In this document: one piece after another, positions 63,737 to 64,000 of the stretch
Numbering within the stretch: position 1 is the first letter of the stretch
How the letters are laid out: every line of letters begins with the position of its first letter
IMG/VR virus record: IMGVR_UViG_3300031953_000001
Direction: 5' to 3' (one strand)
Origin: a virus
Lineage: Duplodnaviria > Caudoviricetes
DNA: 64,000 nt
The notes under the pieces: model-generated
The model's input: only the letters and a program-made list of their open reading frames with translations
Database searches by the model: none
Told to the model about the DNA's origin: nothing
Made by a program: the position numbers and the translations under genes

Positions 63737-64000
63737 ATGACCGTTCGACTGACTGCAGAGACCCTGACGCCAGAGAACCTTACTCACGCCGCGGTGCACC
63801 AGACCGGTCTCCTGGGACTTTATCAGCGCCACGAGTACGACGCCCTGATGGCTTCGGGGCTGGTAGACTGGGGCTTTGGTTGGCTACCGTCAACGCTGGA
63901 CCCCAATACAGGACGAGTGAAAATGCTTCCCTTAACCCAAGACGCCGTAAAGCTTCTGGATCGAGGGCGGGCGTTACGGATTCAAGACCGTGCCAAGGAC
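63737..64000 (+). CDS. hypothetical protein, 3'-partial
   Basis: GGAG RBS, open to the window end (MTVRLTAETL...). Confidence 0.55.
   Translation, partial: MTVRLTAETLTPENLTHAAVHQTGLLGLYQRHEYDALMASGLVDWGFGWLPSTLDPNTGRVKMLPLTQDAVKLLDRGRALRIQDRAKD

Noticed and set aside
1-64000. tRNA, rRNA, introns, inteins, transposases
   Set aside because: No cloverleaf/T-loop signature in intergenic gaps, no split genes and no intein or transposase motifs noticed by eye; tRNAscan-SE and Infernal were not run

Overview
The window is a 64-kb segment of a large dsDNA tailed phage, most likely a phiKZ-like jumbo phage (Chimalliviridae-type). This rests on the recalled gene set and order (baseplate-like proteins, divergent portal, RuvC, SbcC/Rad50, gp5-like spike + PAAR, CYTH protein, a putative PicA/Imp1-like protein) and was not confirmed by any search. 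Layout: 0.8-8.8 kb structural genes, RuvC and an overlapping spanin pair; 8.9-19.2 kb a + strand block of small, probably early accessory genes (wHTH pair, HAD, AraC-like, RNAP alpha-CTD-like); 19.3-58.7 kb an almost entirely minus-strand tail/fibre region; 58.8-64 kb SbcC and further small genes. The striking part sits inside the fibre region. A hairpin-bounded, translationally coupled unit (about 30.8-45.4 kb) encodes a JmjC-like oxygenase, six CxxxCxxC radical SAM(-like) proteins, a 184-aa protein ending in VCHTQCHSNCHNSRGRR (RiPP-core-like), two tandem 2OG-Fe(II) oxygenases, a beta-ketoacyl synthase and three tandem membrane desaturases. The next unit (19.3-30.7 kb) adds two more desaturases, two glycosyltransferase-like genes, a Ser/Thr-rich protein, an S74-chaperone tail fibre, a BspA-repeat protein, the endolysin and a ubiquitin-like protein. 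The leading hypothesis is a phage-encoded post-translational tailoring system for virion proteins (crosslinking, hydroxylation, possibly acylation and glycosylation); independent host-lipid remodelling is the main alternative. A recurring hairpin + TAT(G/T)C(C/G)G element and an exact 19-bp promoter-like repeat were also found. No tRNA, rRNA or CRISPR array was seen. Several starts were adjusted from the ORF track using RBS position or stop/start overlap. All family assignments come from motif recognition only.
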